From positions 1 to 64,000 of IMG/VR virus record IMGVR_UViG_3300022723_000177: DNA of 64,000 nt. One strand, given 5' to 3'. Of the stretch, positions 8,054 to 17,012 are shown piece by piece. Both the position numbers and the translations under genes were made by a program. Under the pieces are notes generated by a model, which was not told the DNA's origin, ran no database searches, and saw only the letters and a list, made by a program, of their open reading frames with translations. The stretch comes from a virus. Positions within the stretch are counted from its first letter, which is position 1. Each line of letters starts with the position of its first letter.

Positions 8054-9895
8054 ATGGCTCGCATGCCCACCCTTTCGCTCACCTCGGCCTCGCGCCGGCT
8101 CCGCCGGACGAAGGAAGGTCCCGGAGCGATCTTCGACATCACCGAGCGCCGCCACATGCGGTTCAATCTCTACGAGGAGCACTGGCGCTTCCTCTACGAG
8201 AGCTACATCGGTGGACCCGAGTACGTCTACAAGGGCTTCGAACAGGTTGGCGCCAACGCGCGCGGGATCTTCGATCTGAACCGCCGCAACCTCTTCCAGT
8301 TCCACCGCGAGAGCTCGAGCGAGTACCGCGAGCGCTTGCTCCGCGCACATCGGAACAACTACACCAAGAAGGTCGTGGACCAGATGCGCTCGTTCATCGC
8401 GCGCAAGCCGCCCGAACGGAAGACTGACGGCGTACCTACGCCCATCGCGGAGTTCTGGAAGAACAGCGATGGTCGACACCGAAACATCGACCGAACCATG
8501 ATGCTCGTGCTCCAGTGGATGCTGGTGTTCGGGGTGATCTGGATCCAGATCGACAAACCAGATCGCACCTTTCTCAATTTCGAGGACGAGCTTCGCGAAG
8601 GCGTACCCTTCATGAAGTTCCACATGCCGTTCGATGTACTAGACGGGGGTTTCGATGACCTAGGTGAGCCGCGCTGGGTCCTCACACGAGAGCTTGTGCG
8701 GCAGGACGAAGACCCGATGCAAGGGACTCCCGTCGAGACGATCTTCACTCTCTGGGAACCCAATCAGATGCGGAAGTTCGTGAAGCAGAACGTAACGCGC
8801 GAGGATCCGCGTCCGTTCGTGCAGGTAGGAGAGACCGTCTTTCACGACCTCGGCAGGGTGCCGTTTCGCGCCGTGCGCTTCACAGAGAGCGAGGACCCGT
8901 TCGTTACCGCCGGAATGGTGGATGACATCGCCTCGGTCGATCGCGACATCTTCAACAAGCAGTCTCAGCTGGACACGATCATCCTCGACCAGGTGTTCTC
9001 GCAGCTCGTGATCCCCGCAGACGCTGTACTCATGAACACGCCGGATCGCGCGGAGATGAACGGCGCCTCTGTCCGTGCGAACCGCGAGATCGCCCGTGAG
9101 CGTCTCATCGAGATGAGCACCAAGCGCGCGTTCTTGTTCAACGGGAATACCGCGCATCCGCCGCGCTTCATTTCGCCCGACGCAGAACAGGCGGGGACGC
9201 TGCGCGAGGAGATTTCCGGCCTCATCGACGAGGTCTACCGCATGGCCGGCCTGTCTGGAATGGTGGGGCGTGAGGTGAAGACGCAGAGCGGCGTGTCGAA
9301 GGCCTATGACTTCGATCGCATGAACAAGATCATGACGTTCGCCGCGCAGGAGCTGCAGAACGCAGATGAGTGGGCTGCCGAGGTAGTGCTCGAGTGGATG
9401 CGACCTGAAGAACAGCCCGCGTTCCAGCAACGCAAGCGCATCACGAACGACTTTGTCCAGTACCCGGACAACTTCGACATCATGGGGCTGCTCGAAAGCC
9501 TGGACATCGCGTTCCGCACAGATGAGTACAATCTGCATTCGCCGACCGCGTCTGCGCGGATCCGAAAGAAGCTGCTGGTGAAGATGTTCCCCGAGGCCAC
9601 CGAGGATGAACTCGAAGAGATGGTGGCGGAGATCGACCAGGTGCTCGAGCGCGAAAAGAAGATGCAAAAGGACGGACCGCTGGGAACGGCTGGCCTGCTC
9701 CAGCAGTCCGAAGAGGAGCTCGAGCGCATCGCGAACGGGGACTCTCAGGAACCGGCGGTGGGCAACGCCCGCCGAGGGCGAAACGTGAACCTCTCAGAGG
9801 TTCGCGGGCAGGGCGGAGGAGCGCGCGGCCCCGGCCGCGGCGAGCCGACTAGGCCGACCACCCAGCAGGCCCGGCAAGCCGGAGACTCTACCTAG
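8054..9895 (+). CDS. Portal protein (putative)
   Basis: 613-aa ORF directly after terL, with the size and acidic C-terminus typical of portal proteins. No motif-level confirmation is possible by eye. Confidence 0.65.
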   Translation: MARMPTLSLTSASRRLRRTKEGPGAIFDITERRHMRFNLYEEHWRFLYESYIGGPEYVYKGFEQVGANARGIFDLNRRNLFQFHRESSSEYRERLLRAHRNNYTKKVVDQMRSFIARKPPERKTDGVPTPIAEFWKNSDGRHRNIDRTMMLVLQWMLVFGVIWIQIDKPDRTFLNFEDELREGVPFMKFHMPFDVLDGGFDDLGEPRWVLTRELVRQDEDPMQGTPVETIFTLWEPNQMRKFVKQNVTREDPRPFVQVGETVFHDLGRVPFRAVRFTESEDPFVTAGMVDDIASVDRDIFNKQSQLDTIILDQVFSQLVIPADAVLMNTPDRAEMNGASVRANREIARERLIEMSTKRAFLFNGNTAHPPRFISPDAEQAGTLREEISGLIDEVYRMAGLSGMVGREVKTQSGVSKAYDFDRMNKIMTFAAQELQNADEWAAEVVLEWMRPEEQPAFQQRKRITNDFVQYPDNFDIMGLLESLDIAFRTDEYNLHSPTASARIRKKLLVKMFPEATEDELEEMVAEIDQVLEREKKMQKDGPLGTAGLLQQSEEELERIANGDSQEPAVGNARRGRNVNLSEVRGQGGGARGPGRGEPTRPTTQQARQAGDST

Positions 9896-9971
9896 GAGTT
9901 GCCGGCCGGGTTCCTCGGGGGTACACTGCGCACTACCAGCGCATGGCGTGCCGGGGAAACGGAGAAGACGG

Positions 9972-10838
9972 ATGTCCGAAGAGAACAAGAACAAGAACGG
10001 CGGCGAAGGTGATGAGAGCGGCGAGAACAAGCCCAGCCAGGTTCAGATGACCCAGGAGCAGATCGAAGAGCTGATCAACAAGGCCTACGCGCGCGGCGCG
10101 AAGAACTCCCGGGAGGGCAAGGAAGCCCGCGAGACCGCAGAGCGCCTCGAGAAGATGGAAGCCGACAAGGCCAAGGTCGAGGCAGAGCTCGAGGAGCTGA
10201 AGAAGCGCGCCGCCCAGGGCGGCGCAGGCGGCGGCGCAGGCGGCGGCGCAGGCGGCGGCGCAGGCGGCGGCGCAGGCGGCGGCGACGGAGCTGGTAGCCC
10301 CGAGGTCACTCAGCTCCAGGACCAGATCGAGACCCTCAAGAAGAACTACAACGACCGCATCGAGACCCTGACCGGAGAGATCGCGTCCGAGCGGAAGGAA
10401 AAGGAAGCCCGAGACCTGAGGCTGATCCTGAGTGACCTGAAGGGCTCGGCGATCGCAGCGGCAACAAAGGGCGGAGCTGCAGACCCCGAGGATGTGTTCA
10501 TCCTGATGAACTCCAGGGGGCTGTTCAAGATCGACGAGGACACAGGTCGGTGGCACGTTACGGGCCCCGACGGCAAGGTAGTCCTCGATGTCGAGGCGGG
10601 TGGCGACCCGATGGCCTTGGAGAAGGGCATCGAACGCTGGATGGACCAGAACCCGCGAGTGAAGCGGGGGACGGGGCGCACGGGCGGAGGCCCGGGTGGT
10701 GGTGAGGGAGGTTCCCACACCGAAGTGCCTATCGGAGGAGACAAGACCCTGAACCTGGACGGCGCATCGCCGTCTCAGATCTTCGCGAACAAGGATGCGA
10801 TCCTGGCGAAGATCAAGTCGGGCGGTCTCCAGCGCTAG
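9972..10838 (+). CDS. Scaffolding protein (coiled-coil, with a (GGAGGG)5 linker)
   Basis: Charged coiled-coil-type sequence between portal and capsid genes. ATG at 9972 with ggag RBS. Internal tandem DNA repeat at 10216-10277. Confidence 0.6.
   Translation: MSEENKNKNGGEGDESGENKPSQVQMTQEQIEELINKAYARGAKNSREGKEARETAERLEKMEADKAKVEAELEELKKRAAQGGAGGGAGGGAGGGAGGGAGGGDGAGSPEVTQLQDQIETLKKNYNDRIETLTGEIASERKEKEARDLRLILSDLKGSAIAAATKGGAADPEDVFILMNSRGLFKIDEDTGRWHVTGPDGKVVLDVEAGGDPMALEKGIERWMDQNPRVKRGTGRTGGGPGGGEGGSHTEVPIGGDKTLNLDGASPSQIFANKDAILAKIKSGGLQR
10216..10277 (+). repeat. Tandem 12-bp repeat (ggcggcgcaggc) x5 encoding a (GGAG)n flexible linker inside the scaffold gene
   Basis: Direct reading of the sequence. 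Confidence 0.8.
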
Positions 10839-10868
10839 GCTGAACCCTGATCCGAAAGGAACAAGGCA

Positions 10869-11780
10869 ATGGCCAACATCAGTCTTGGTGAAGTCGATGT
10901 CGCCATCCCGGAGTTCTGGTCCTCGGTCGCCCTCGGCGCCCTGAAGGCGAACACCGTAATGGCGCAGCTCGTCCGGCGCGACTTCGACGCAGAGGTCGCC
11001 ACGGTCGGCGACACGGTGAATGTGATCCGACGTGGCTCGCTTGTTGTCAACGACAAGTCGATCAACTCGGGCGTCACGCTCCAGAACCCCACGCAGACGA
11101 AGCTCCCGATCGTCCTTGACCAGCACAAGGAGGTGTCCTTTCTCATCGAAGACATCGCCAGTGCGAAGGCCATCGACGACGCTGTGAACTTCGTCGAGGA
11201 TGCCGCGATCGTCATCGCGGAGGATGTGGATCTCGCGCTACTCAACCTGTACGTGAACGCCGGCTCGTTCGTCGGCGCGTTCACGGACGACCTCGATGTC
11301 CCTGTCGTGGTGGCTGCTCGGCGCGCCCTGAACGACCAGAAGTGCCCGCAGCGCGGACGCGTGCTGGTTGTGGGGTCCGGTCCGGAGGCTTCGCTGCTGA
11401 ACAAGGTCGAGTTCACGAGCTCGGACTTCGGCGGCGACGTGAGTCGTATGGCCGTGATCGAGGCGAACCTCGGTCGCAAGTACGGCTTCGACTTCTTCAT
11501 GGACCAGCAGACGGTCGAGGCGAGCGCCAACCAGGTGAGCAACATCGCGTTCCACCGCGATGCGTTCGTCCTGATCACGCGGCTCCTGCCCATCCCGCCC
11601 CCGAGCACCGGCGCCCAGGCGTCAGCGGTGTCGGAGGATGGCGTCGCGATGCGCGCGATCCGGTCCTACAACATTCAGCAGCTCGGCATGCAGATGACGA
11701 TCGACATCCTCTACGGTGTCAAGGCTCTGCGCGCTGACACGCACGCTGTCGAGGTCCGGTCGAACAACGCGACCAGCTAG
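10869..11780 (+). CDS. Major capsid protein (putative)
   Basis: 303-aa ORF with strong RBS (gaaaggaacaaggcaATG) immediately after the scaffold gene. Canonical position. Confidence 0.7.
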   Translation: MANISLGEVDVAIPEFWSSVALGALKANTVMAQLVRRDFDAEVATVGDTVNVIRRGSLVVNDKSINSGVTLQNPTQTKLPIVLDQHKEVSFLIEDIASAKAIDDAVNFVEDAAIVIAEDVDLALLNLYVNAGSFVGAFTDDLDVPVVVAARRALNDQKCPQRGRVLVVGSGPEASLLNKVEFTSSDFGGDVSRMAVIEANLGRKYGFDFFMDQQTVEASANQVSNIAFHRDAFVLITRLLPIPPPSTGAQASAVSEDGVAMRAIRSYNIQQLGMQMTIDILYGVKALRADTHAVEVRSNNATS

Positions 11781-11915
11781 GACCACGACTCCTGGTGAAC
11801 GCGGGGCGTCCTTCGGGGCGTCCCGCCGACATCGCCGGGCAGGGCAGGCGACTTGGTGGGTCTCCTCCGTCCCCGTCTTGGCGTGCGCGCCCTGCCCGGC
11901 TTTGACGGAGGCCCC

Positions 11916-12251
11916 ATGGCAGAAGACGCTGCGGCCATCATCAATGAGGCCGCCACGAAGCGAGAGAAGAGTTCCGGCATCTCCGTGGGCGCGCCCAGCG
12001 CCGAGCGGAACCCCTTCCGCGAGATCCACGTCGTGGAGTTCGAGGCGCCCCCCTGCGAGCAATACCCTAAGGGCGCGATCCTCTACATCATGCCACACCA
12101 GGTGCAGAAGCACATGATGATGTACCCTGGTGGTCGTGTCCTCCGCGACATCAAGAAGGTCGTCCCCCGCGGCGCGCGGCCTTCAGGGCGTCGGGCGCGA
12201 GGCCACGTCGACCCGCAGACCTTCCTGCAGGGTGCGAAGGTGGAGCAGTAG
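11916..12251 (+). CDS. Hypothetical head-associated protein
   Basis: ggaggccccATG at 11916. The long inverted repeat 11834-11903 lies upstream. Confidence 0.45.
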   Translation: MAEDAAAIINEAATKREKSSGISVGAPSAERNPFREIHVVEFEAPPCEQYPKGAILYIMPHQVQKHMMMYPGGRVLRDIKKVVPRGARPSGRRARGHVDPQTFLQGAKVEQ

Positions 12252-12758
12252 ATGGCCCTTCCCGTTCTCGACCCTACGCCCGGAGGCGCGTCAGCCAACA
12301 CGTACGCCACCCTTGCCGAAGGCAACGCCTACTTCGAGGTGCGCCCCGGCAGCGAGGTGTGGCAGGATGCCGGAACCGATGAACGCACCAAGGGGTTGCT
12401 CTTCGCCGTTGTGTTGATCGACCGCGAGATCTACTACGACCGGAAGTTCTCCGCTGGCCAAGCGCTGAAATTCCCGCGCAGCAACCAGAGTGACTCCGAC
12501 GGTGACCCGATCATCTTCACCGACATCAAGCACGCCCAGTTCGAGCAAGCGCTCGATCTCATGAAGGGTGAGTACTTCGACCGTCTCGAGTTCCTCGAGC
12601 AGAAGCAAATGGGTGTCCGGCAGATCACGACTGACGAGACCCAAGTCCGTATGATTCCCTCATGGCCAGAGAACATGCCCGTTTACGCGCTCGCGCCCAC
12701 CGCTCGGCAGCTTCTGCTGCCCTACATCGAGAGTACGGTACGTCTCGGGAGGGCGTAA
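12252..12758 (+). CDS. Head-tail connector/adaptor-like protein (putative)
   Basis: Position and size only. ATG immediately after the upstream stop. Confidence 0.45.
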   Translation: MALPVLDPTPGGASANTYATLAEGNAYFEVRPGSEVWQDAGTDERTKGLLFAVVLIDREIYYDRKFSAGQALKFPRSNQSDSDGDPIIFTDIKHAQFEQALDLMKGEYFDRLEFLEQKQMGVRQITTDETQVRMIPSWPENMPVYALAPTARQLLLPYIESTVRLGRA

Positions 12759-13733
12759 ATGGCGAGCGACTTCCCGCCCATCAACCGAACGGAAGCCCAG
12801 ATCGTCGGACGAGTTTTCGAGGACGAGGTCCGCGATCTCATCGACATCTGGAACACCACCGAGCAGCGCCTGATCGAACTGGGGCGCGACCCGATCTTCT
12901 TCGCCTCGCTTGGCTCCGGCGCCAGTGGAGCCGCCGCGGCGCAGCAGCGCGCTACCGAGCTCATTCGCGAAGTGCGAAGCGCCCTACAATCGATGACCTC
13001 GGCCACCATCACCTGGTCCGACGCCCTGTTCGTTCAGGCCGGCGCCGCGGCTACGTTCACGGTGGAGAGTGCAGCGACACAGGGGCTGACTGCGGGGGCG
13101 TTGGGGGCACCGAACGCGGATTCGATCCGCCTCATCCTCGAGGATCTACTCACGGACACCGAGTTCGCCGAAAGCTCGGCACTTCGCACTATGCGTCGCT
13201 TCTACCGAAATACCCAGCAGACGGTGCTGCCGGAGGGAGTGATCAACGCGAACCTGGCGATCTCGGAGGCGAGGATGGAGAATGTGAGCCAGCGCTCGCG
13301 CCGCCTCGCGAACGAGTTCGACAAGGTCGTCGGCCAAGGCAAGTTCGTGCTGGTGAATGGCCAACGCTTCCAGCTCACCACCTACGCGGACCTGGTCGGT
13401 CGCACCCGCCTAGTAGAAGCGAATACCGTGGGATCGCTCCGAACCAACGTCGCGATGGGCAACGATCTGGTCCGGGTGTCCGACCACGGGAAGACAGACC
13501 CCAACTGCGACCGGTTCGCGGGGAAGGTGTTTTCGATCTCAGGGCAGAGCCGGCGATTTCCTCGCCTCCGCGAGGTTCCTCCCTTCCACCCCCGGTGCAA
13601 GCACATCCTGCTACCCTTCGTCACGGAGTTCAAGAGCCCCCGCGAGCTCGAGTTCGCGGAGGCCCGCAGCCGAGACCGTGTTGAGGCCGGCGTCAGCATC
13701 GAGGAGTTCTTCAGTGTCCGTGGCGCTTCCTAA
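12759..13733 (+). CDS. Phage head morphogenesis protein (Mu gpF / SPP1 gp7 family)
   Basis: C-terminal CDRFAGKVFS...PPFHPRCKHIL matches the Phage_Mu_F signature (PPxHxxCRC-type motif). Confidence 0.7.
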   Translation: MASDFPPINRTEAQIVGRVFEDEVRDLIDIWNTTEQRLIELGRDPIFFASLGSGASGAAAAQQRATELIREVRSALQSMTSATITWSDALFVQAGAAATFTVESAATQGLTAGALGAPNADSIRLILEDLLTDTEFAESSALRTMRRFYRNTQQTVLPEGVINANLAISEARMENVSQRSRRLANEFDKVVGQGKFVLVNGQRFQLTTYADLVGRTRLVEANTVGSLRTNVAMGNDLVRVSDHGKTDPNCDRFAGKVFSISGQSRRFPRLREVPPFHPRCKHILLPFVTEFKSPRELEFAEARSRDRVEAGVSIEEFFSVRGAS

Positions 13734-14073
13734 GACAGCGCTGAACGTGCGCGACCTGGACATCGTCCGTCCCGCCCGCGACCAGGAGGTCGGCGGCGAC
13801 GGGACCGAGCGGCTGATGCATCGGCGTCTCCGCGCCCGGTTCACGGAGCGCTCGGAGTTCTCGCGGGACGCCCAGGGGCGCTCGCGGATCATCATCGGGG
13901 TCATGCTCATCCCGAAGACGGACCCGAAGACCGGGAAGCTCGTGGACATCCAGGGCGGCGACAAGGTCCGGTTTTCGGACTACCGCGGGGTGCGGCAGGA
14001 GCGCGAGGTCGCTCTGGCGAAGCCTGTGACCCCGCTCGGGCGGATCGATCACCTCCGCGTGGAGCTGATCTGA
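13714..14073 (+). CDS. Hypothetical virion protein
   Basis: ORF track 13678-14073. GTG at 13714 chosen to avoid overlap with the upstream gene. Confidence 0.4.
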   Translation: MSVALPKTALNVRDLDIVRPARDQEVGGDGTERLMHRRLRARFTERSEFSRDAQGRSRIIIGVMLIPKTDPKTGKLVDIQGGDKVRFSDYRGVRQEREVALAKPVTPLGRIDHLRVELI

Positions 14074-14507
14074 TGGCGGAGTTCCGCGTCGAGCTCATCG
14101 GCGGCGATCAGGTGCTGCGGCGCCTCGAGCGCTACCGGAAGAAGGTGACCACCCAGACGGTGCCCGTCACGCTGAACGCGGGCGCTCTGGCGATCCTCGA
14201 GGCCTCGATCAACCTGGCTCCGGTGCTCACTGGCGACCTCATCCGGAGCGCCCGGATCGCACGACCGAAGCCCGCCCCCGGGGCGACAAGCCGAATCATC
14301 TCCTACGGCGTGGACTACGCCGAGAAGCAGCACGAGGACACCTCTCTCAACCCAGGGCCGGTCACCCGCGAGAAGCCGGCTACGGTCGACGGGCCGCCTG
14401 GGCCGAAGTACCTCGAGCGTCCGTTCCGTCGGCTAGCGCCGGAGATCCGGAAGCGCCTGGCCGCCGAGACCAAACGCGACGCCCGTGTAGCCGGGCAAGG
14501 GTCCTAG
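14073..14507 (+). CDS. HK97 gp10-like head-tail joining protein (putative)
   Basis: Size and position. ATGA coupling to the upstream ORF. Confidence 0.45.
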   Translation: MAEFRVELIGGDQVLRRLERYRKKVTTQTVPVTLNAGALAILEASINLAPVLTGDLIRSARIARPKPAPGATSRIISYGVDYAEKQHEDTSLNPGPVTREKPATVDGPPGPKYLERPFRRLAPEIRKRLAAETKRDARVAGQGS

Positions 14508-14948
14508 ATGGCCAGCATCCCCGACGAACCGCTGCTCGACGACGAGATCGCGAAGTACCTGGCCGCCCAAGGTCTCGGGAATCTGTTCAGCGCGGCGGTG
14601 AAGCCCCGGGACGAGTTCACGATCTTCGTCGGCGAGGAGCCGGAGCGCCAGAACAAGACCATCACGGTGAGCGAGATCGGGGGGAACCCGCCGATCAACA
14701 CGTTCGGAGAGAACCGATCCTTTTCGATCCGAACCAGGTCGCAGACCTACAAGGAAGCGAAAGCCACAGCGCAGCGAATCCATCGTGCGCTTCACTACGA
14801 GCAGGGTATACTGGAGCCTGCGATCCTTGTCGCTCTGATCACTGCTGACACGAACCCCGTGCCGCTGGGCAGGGACGACAACCGGCGGTATGTGTTCACC
14901 CAGACGTTCACGGCCATCGTGAAGACGCTACAGCCCCTCAGCCCGTAA
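14508..14948 (+). CDS. Tail completion/terminator-like protein (putative)
   Basis: Position between the connector genes and the major tail protein. Confidence 0.45.
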   Translation: MASIPDEPLLDDEIAKYLAAQGLGNLFSAAVKPRDEFTIFVGEEPERQNKTITVSEIGGNPPINTFGENRSFSIRTRSQTYKEAKATAQRIHRALHYEQGILEPAILVALITADTNPVPLGRDDNRRYVFTQTFTAIVKTLQPLSP

Positions 14949-14963
14949 GGAGGCACCACACCC

Positions 14964-16061
14964 ATGGGTTCCATCGAGACTCGTCCCAGCCAGAATGCGA
15001 TGACCTCGAACAATGTCCAGATCGGACAACCGTTCGTGGAGATCGGCCTGAAGACAGGCACCAACACCTTCGACGCGTACCGCACGCTCGGCATCCTCAG
15101 TTCATCGGCCATCGCCAAAGAGATCGAGACCGTTGCGCTGCGGAGTTCGCACAGCGGTACCAGCGTTCTGGTCCGCGAGCTCGTGCGCCAGTTCGAAGCT
15201 CGGCTCAACGTCGAGACCTTCGAGTGGTCTGCTGAGAACATGCAGCTTGCGTTTGCTTCTGCGACCAGCACGCCCATCAGTGCCGCGGTCACCCCGGTCG
15301 TGGACGAAGAGGTGTTCCTCTCCGGCGACACGGCGACGTGGGCGGACCTCGCGAACCCGAACGTGCTGGAGTCTCCCTCGTTCGTCGCCACCTGCGCGAC
15401 GATCACGGACGAAGAGGTCGGGACCGGTGACGGAACGAGCGGTAGCTCCCTGGGCGACTTCTCTCTGGACTTCAAGCCCCTCGACACCGTGACCGACGTA
15501 GCCAGCGTCTCCGTAGGGGGCGTAGCGTTCACGCCCATCGCGGTGGGCGCCGCGTCTTCGGGCAATGAGGTCGAGATCGAAGACTACGGGGACGACACCA
15601 CGAACGCCGGCCGGATGCAGTTCTTCGTCGCAGGCGTTGCTGCGGATGTGACTGGGGCGATTCTGGCAACCTACACCCCTGGCCACACGCTGACAGAGAA
15701 CACGACCTACGCCGTGGACTACCAGGATGGTCGGATTCGGGCGCTGCTCCTCGGTGCGACCGATGTGCTGAAGCCCAACCAGCCACTCTTCGTAGACTAC
15801 AGCTACAACGCGTTCGATGGCGTCGACCTCAGCCCGTACACCCAGTTCGTGTTCGAGGCCCGCGCCCGGGTGCGGCTGCTCACGGACGTCGGCATCAACA
15901 TCGTCTGGCCGATCCCTTCCGTGAACGTACGGCTGACGGACGACGACGTGGAGTTCGCGGACGACGACTTCGGGTCGCTCGCGCTCTCGGTAACACTGAT
16001 CGACGACGGCTCGGCCACGCCCTACGGCACCATGAGCGTCTACGAAGAGGACGCCGCGTAG
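14964..16061 (+). CDS. Major tail protein (putative, with Ig-like C-terminal region)
   Basis: 365 aa, Thr/Ser/Val-rich and beta-rich. Located just upstream of the G/GT chaperone and tape measure genes. Confidence 0.6.
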   Translation: MGSIETRPSQNAMTSNNVQIGQPFVEIGLKTGTNTFDAYRTLGILSSSAIAKEIETVALRSSHSGTSVLVRELVRQFEARLNVETFEWSAENMQLAFASATSTPISAAVTPVVDEEVFLSGDTATWADLANPNVLESPSFVATCATITDEEVGTGDGTSGSSLGDFSLDFKPLDTVTDVASVSVGGVAFTPIAVGAASSGNEVEIEDYGDDTTNAGRMQFFVAGVAADVTGAILATYTPGHTLTENTTYAVDYQDGRIRALLLGATDVLKPNQPLFVDYSYNAFDGVDLSPYTQFVFEARARVRLLTDVGINIVWPIPSVNVRLTDDDVEFADDDFGSLALSVTLIDDGSATPYGTMSVYEEDAA

Positions 16062-16146
16062 GCACCATACGCCGCAAACGTACGCCTAGCCCCACCAGGA
16101 AGCCAAGCCCGGTGGGGCACATTTTCATCTGACGGAGGAGGAGTGC

Positions 16147-16644
16147 ATGAGCGAGGAAAGCGCAGAGATCATCGGGAAGTCCGAAGAGATCATGCTCGGT
16201 ACCAAGGACGTGAGGCTGTCCACAGGAGACATTGTTCATCTCCGGCCGTGGGGCATTCGCACTTCGAGGAAGATCGTCTCGAATGTGAAGACGGTGCTCG
16301 CGATGTTCCGCGTGTCGCAGACCGGGCAGGGCCTCGGTGCTCTGGTGCAGGGTAGCTACGACACGATCATCAACATCGTGGCCGCGTCTTCCGGGATCGC
16401 GGTCGAGGAGCTCGACACCGACGACTTTCTCCTCGAGGATCTGCTGAGGCTGGCCGCCGGGGTTATCGAGGTGAACTTCCGCGAGCGCCCGGGAGGCGGC
16501 CTGGGAAAAGCGATCGAGGAGCTGATGGACCTGACCGACGAGCTGTTCGGGGCTCCGGAGACGGAGAGCGAGACGACGACGGCGACGGATACTCCTCCGA
16601 CGAAGCCGCAGCAGCCTTCGGAAGGTGTGTCGAGCTCCTCGTAG
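16147..16644 (+). CDS. Tail assembly chaperone (gpG-like)
   Basis: Acidic 165-aa ORF immediately upstream of the tape measure. The -1 frame is open across its stop codon (see 16560-17012). Confidence 0.6.
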   Translation: MSEESAEIIGKSEEIMLGTKDVRLSTGDIVHLRPWGIRTSRKIVSNVKTVLAMFRVSQTGQGLGALVQGSYDTIINIVAASSGIAVEELDTDDFLLEDLLRLAAGVIEVNFRERPGGGLGKAIEELMDLTDELFGAPETESETTTATDTPPTKPQQPSEGVSSSS

Positions 16645-17012
16645 CCAACGGGCACGACAAGCATCAGGTTCTAGACTACACTCCCGAGGAGATCGCTCTC
16701 TTCGTGTGCCTGATCCAAAAGAGGCGCTCCTACGAGCTCCTTGAAACCACCCAAGCCGGTGGTGTCAGCACTGCGTTCGGGTTCACGGGCGACGCCAAGA
16801 TCATGCAGACCTATGCCAAGAGCATCGGTCTCGGGAAGGACGCGTCGAATCTGAAGAGCGGCATTCCTGCTGAGTTCCGTCAACTCATGCGGGAGGTGAA
16901 CAAGGGCAAGCTAGAGAAGGCGAAACAGGGTGGCGACCGAAGTCGGAACACTACTGGTCAGGCTCGAAGCCCGCGTCGACCAACTCGAGCGCGGCCTCGC
17001 CAGGGGCAATAG
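16560..17012 (+). other. Probable -1 frameshift extension (gpT part of a G-T tail chaperone fusion)
   Basis: Frame 0 has no stop from before 16560 through 17012 and overlaps the 3' end of the G gene (frame 1), as in the conserved siphovirus G/GT arrangement. The slippery site was not pinpointed. Confidence 0.4.

Noticed and set aside
10085-10309. Minus-strand ORF encoding (PPAPPPA)n
   Set aside because: It is the antisense reading of the (GGAGGG) repeat in the scaffold gene, not an independent gene.
9933-11126. Long minus-strand ORF (397 aa) overlapping the scaffold and capsid genes, with many other antisense ORFs throughout the 6-30 kb structural region
   Set aside because: High-GC genomes produce long spurious open frames on the antisense strand. 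These ORFs have Arg/Ala/Pro-heavy, low-complexity translations, lack ribosome-binding sites, and fully overlap well-supported plus-strand structural genes.
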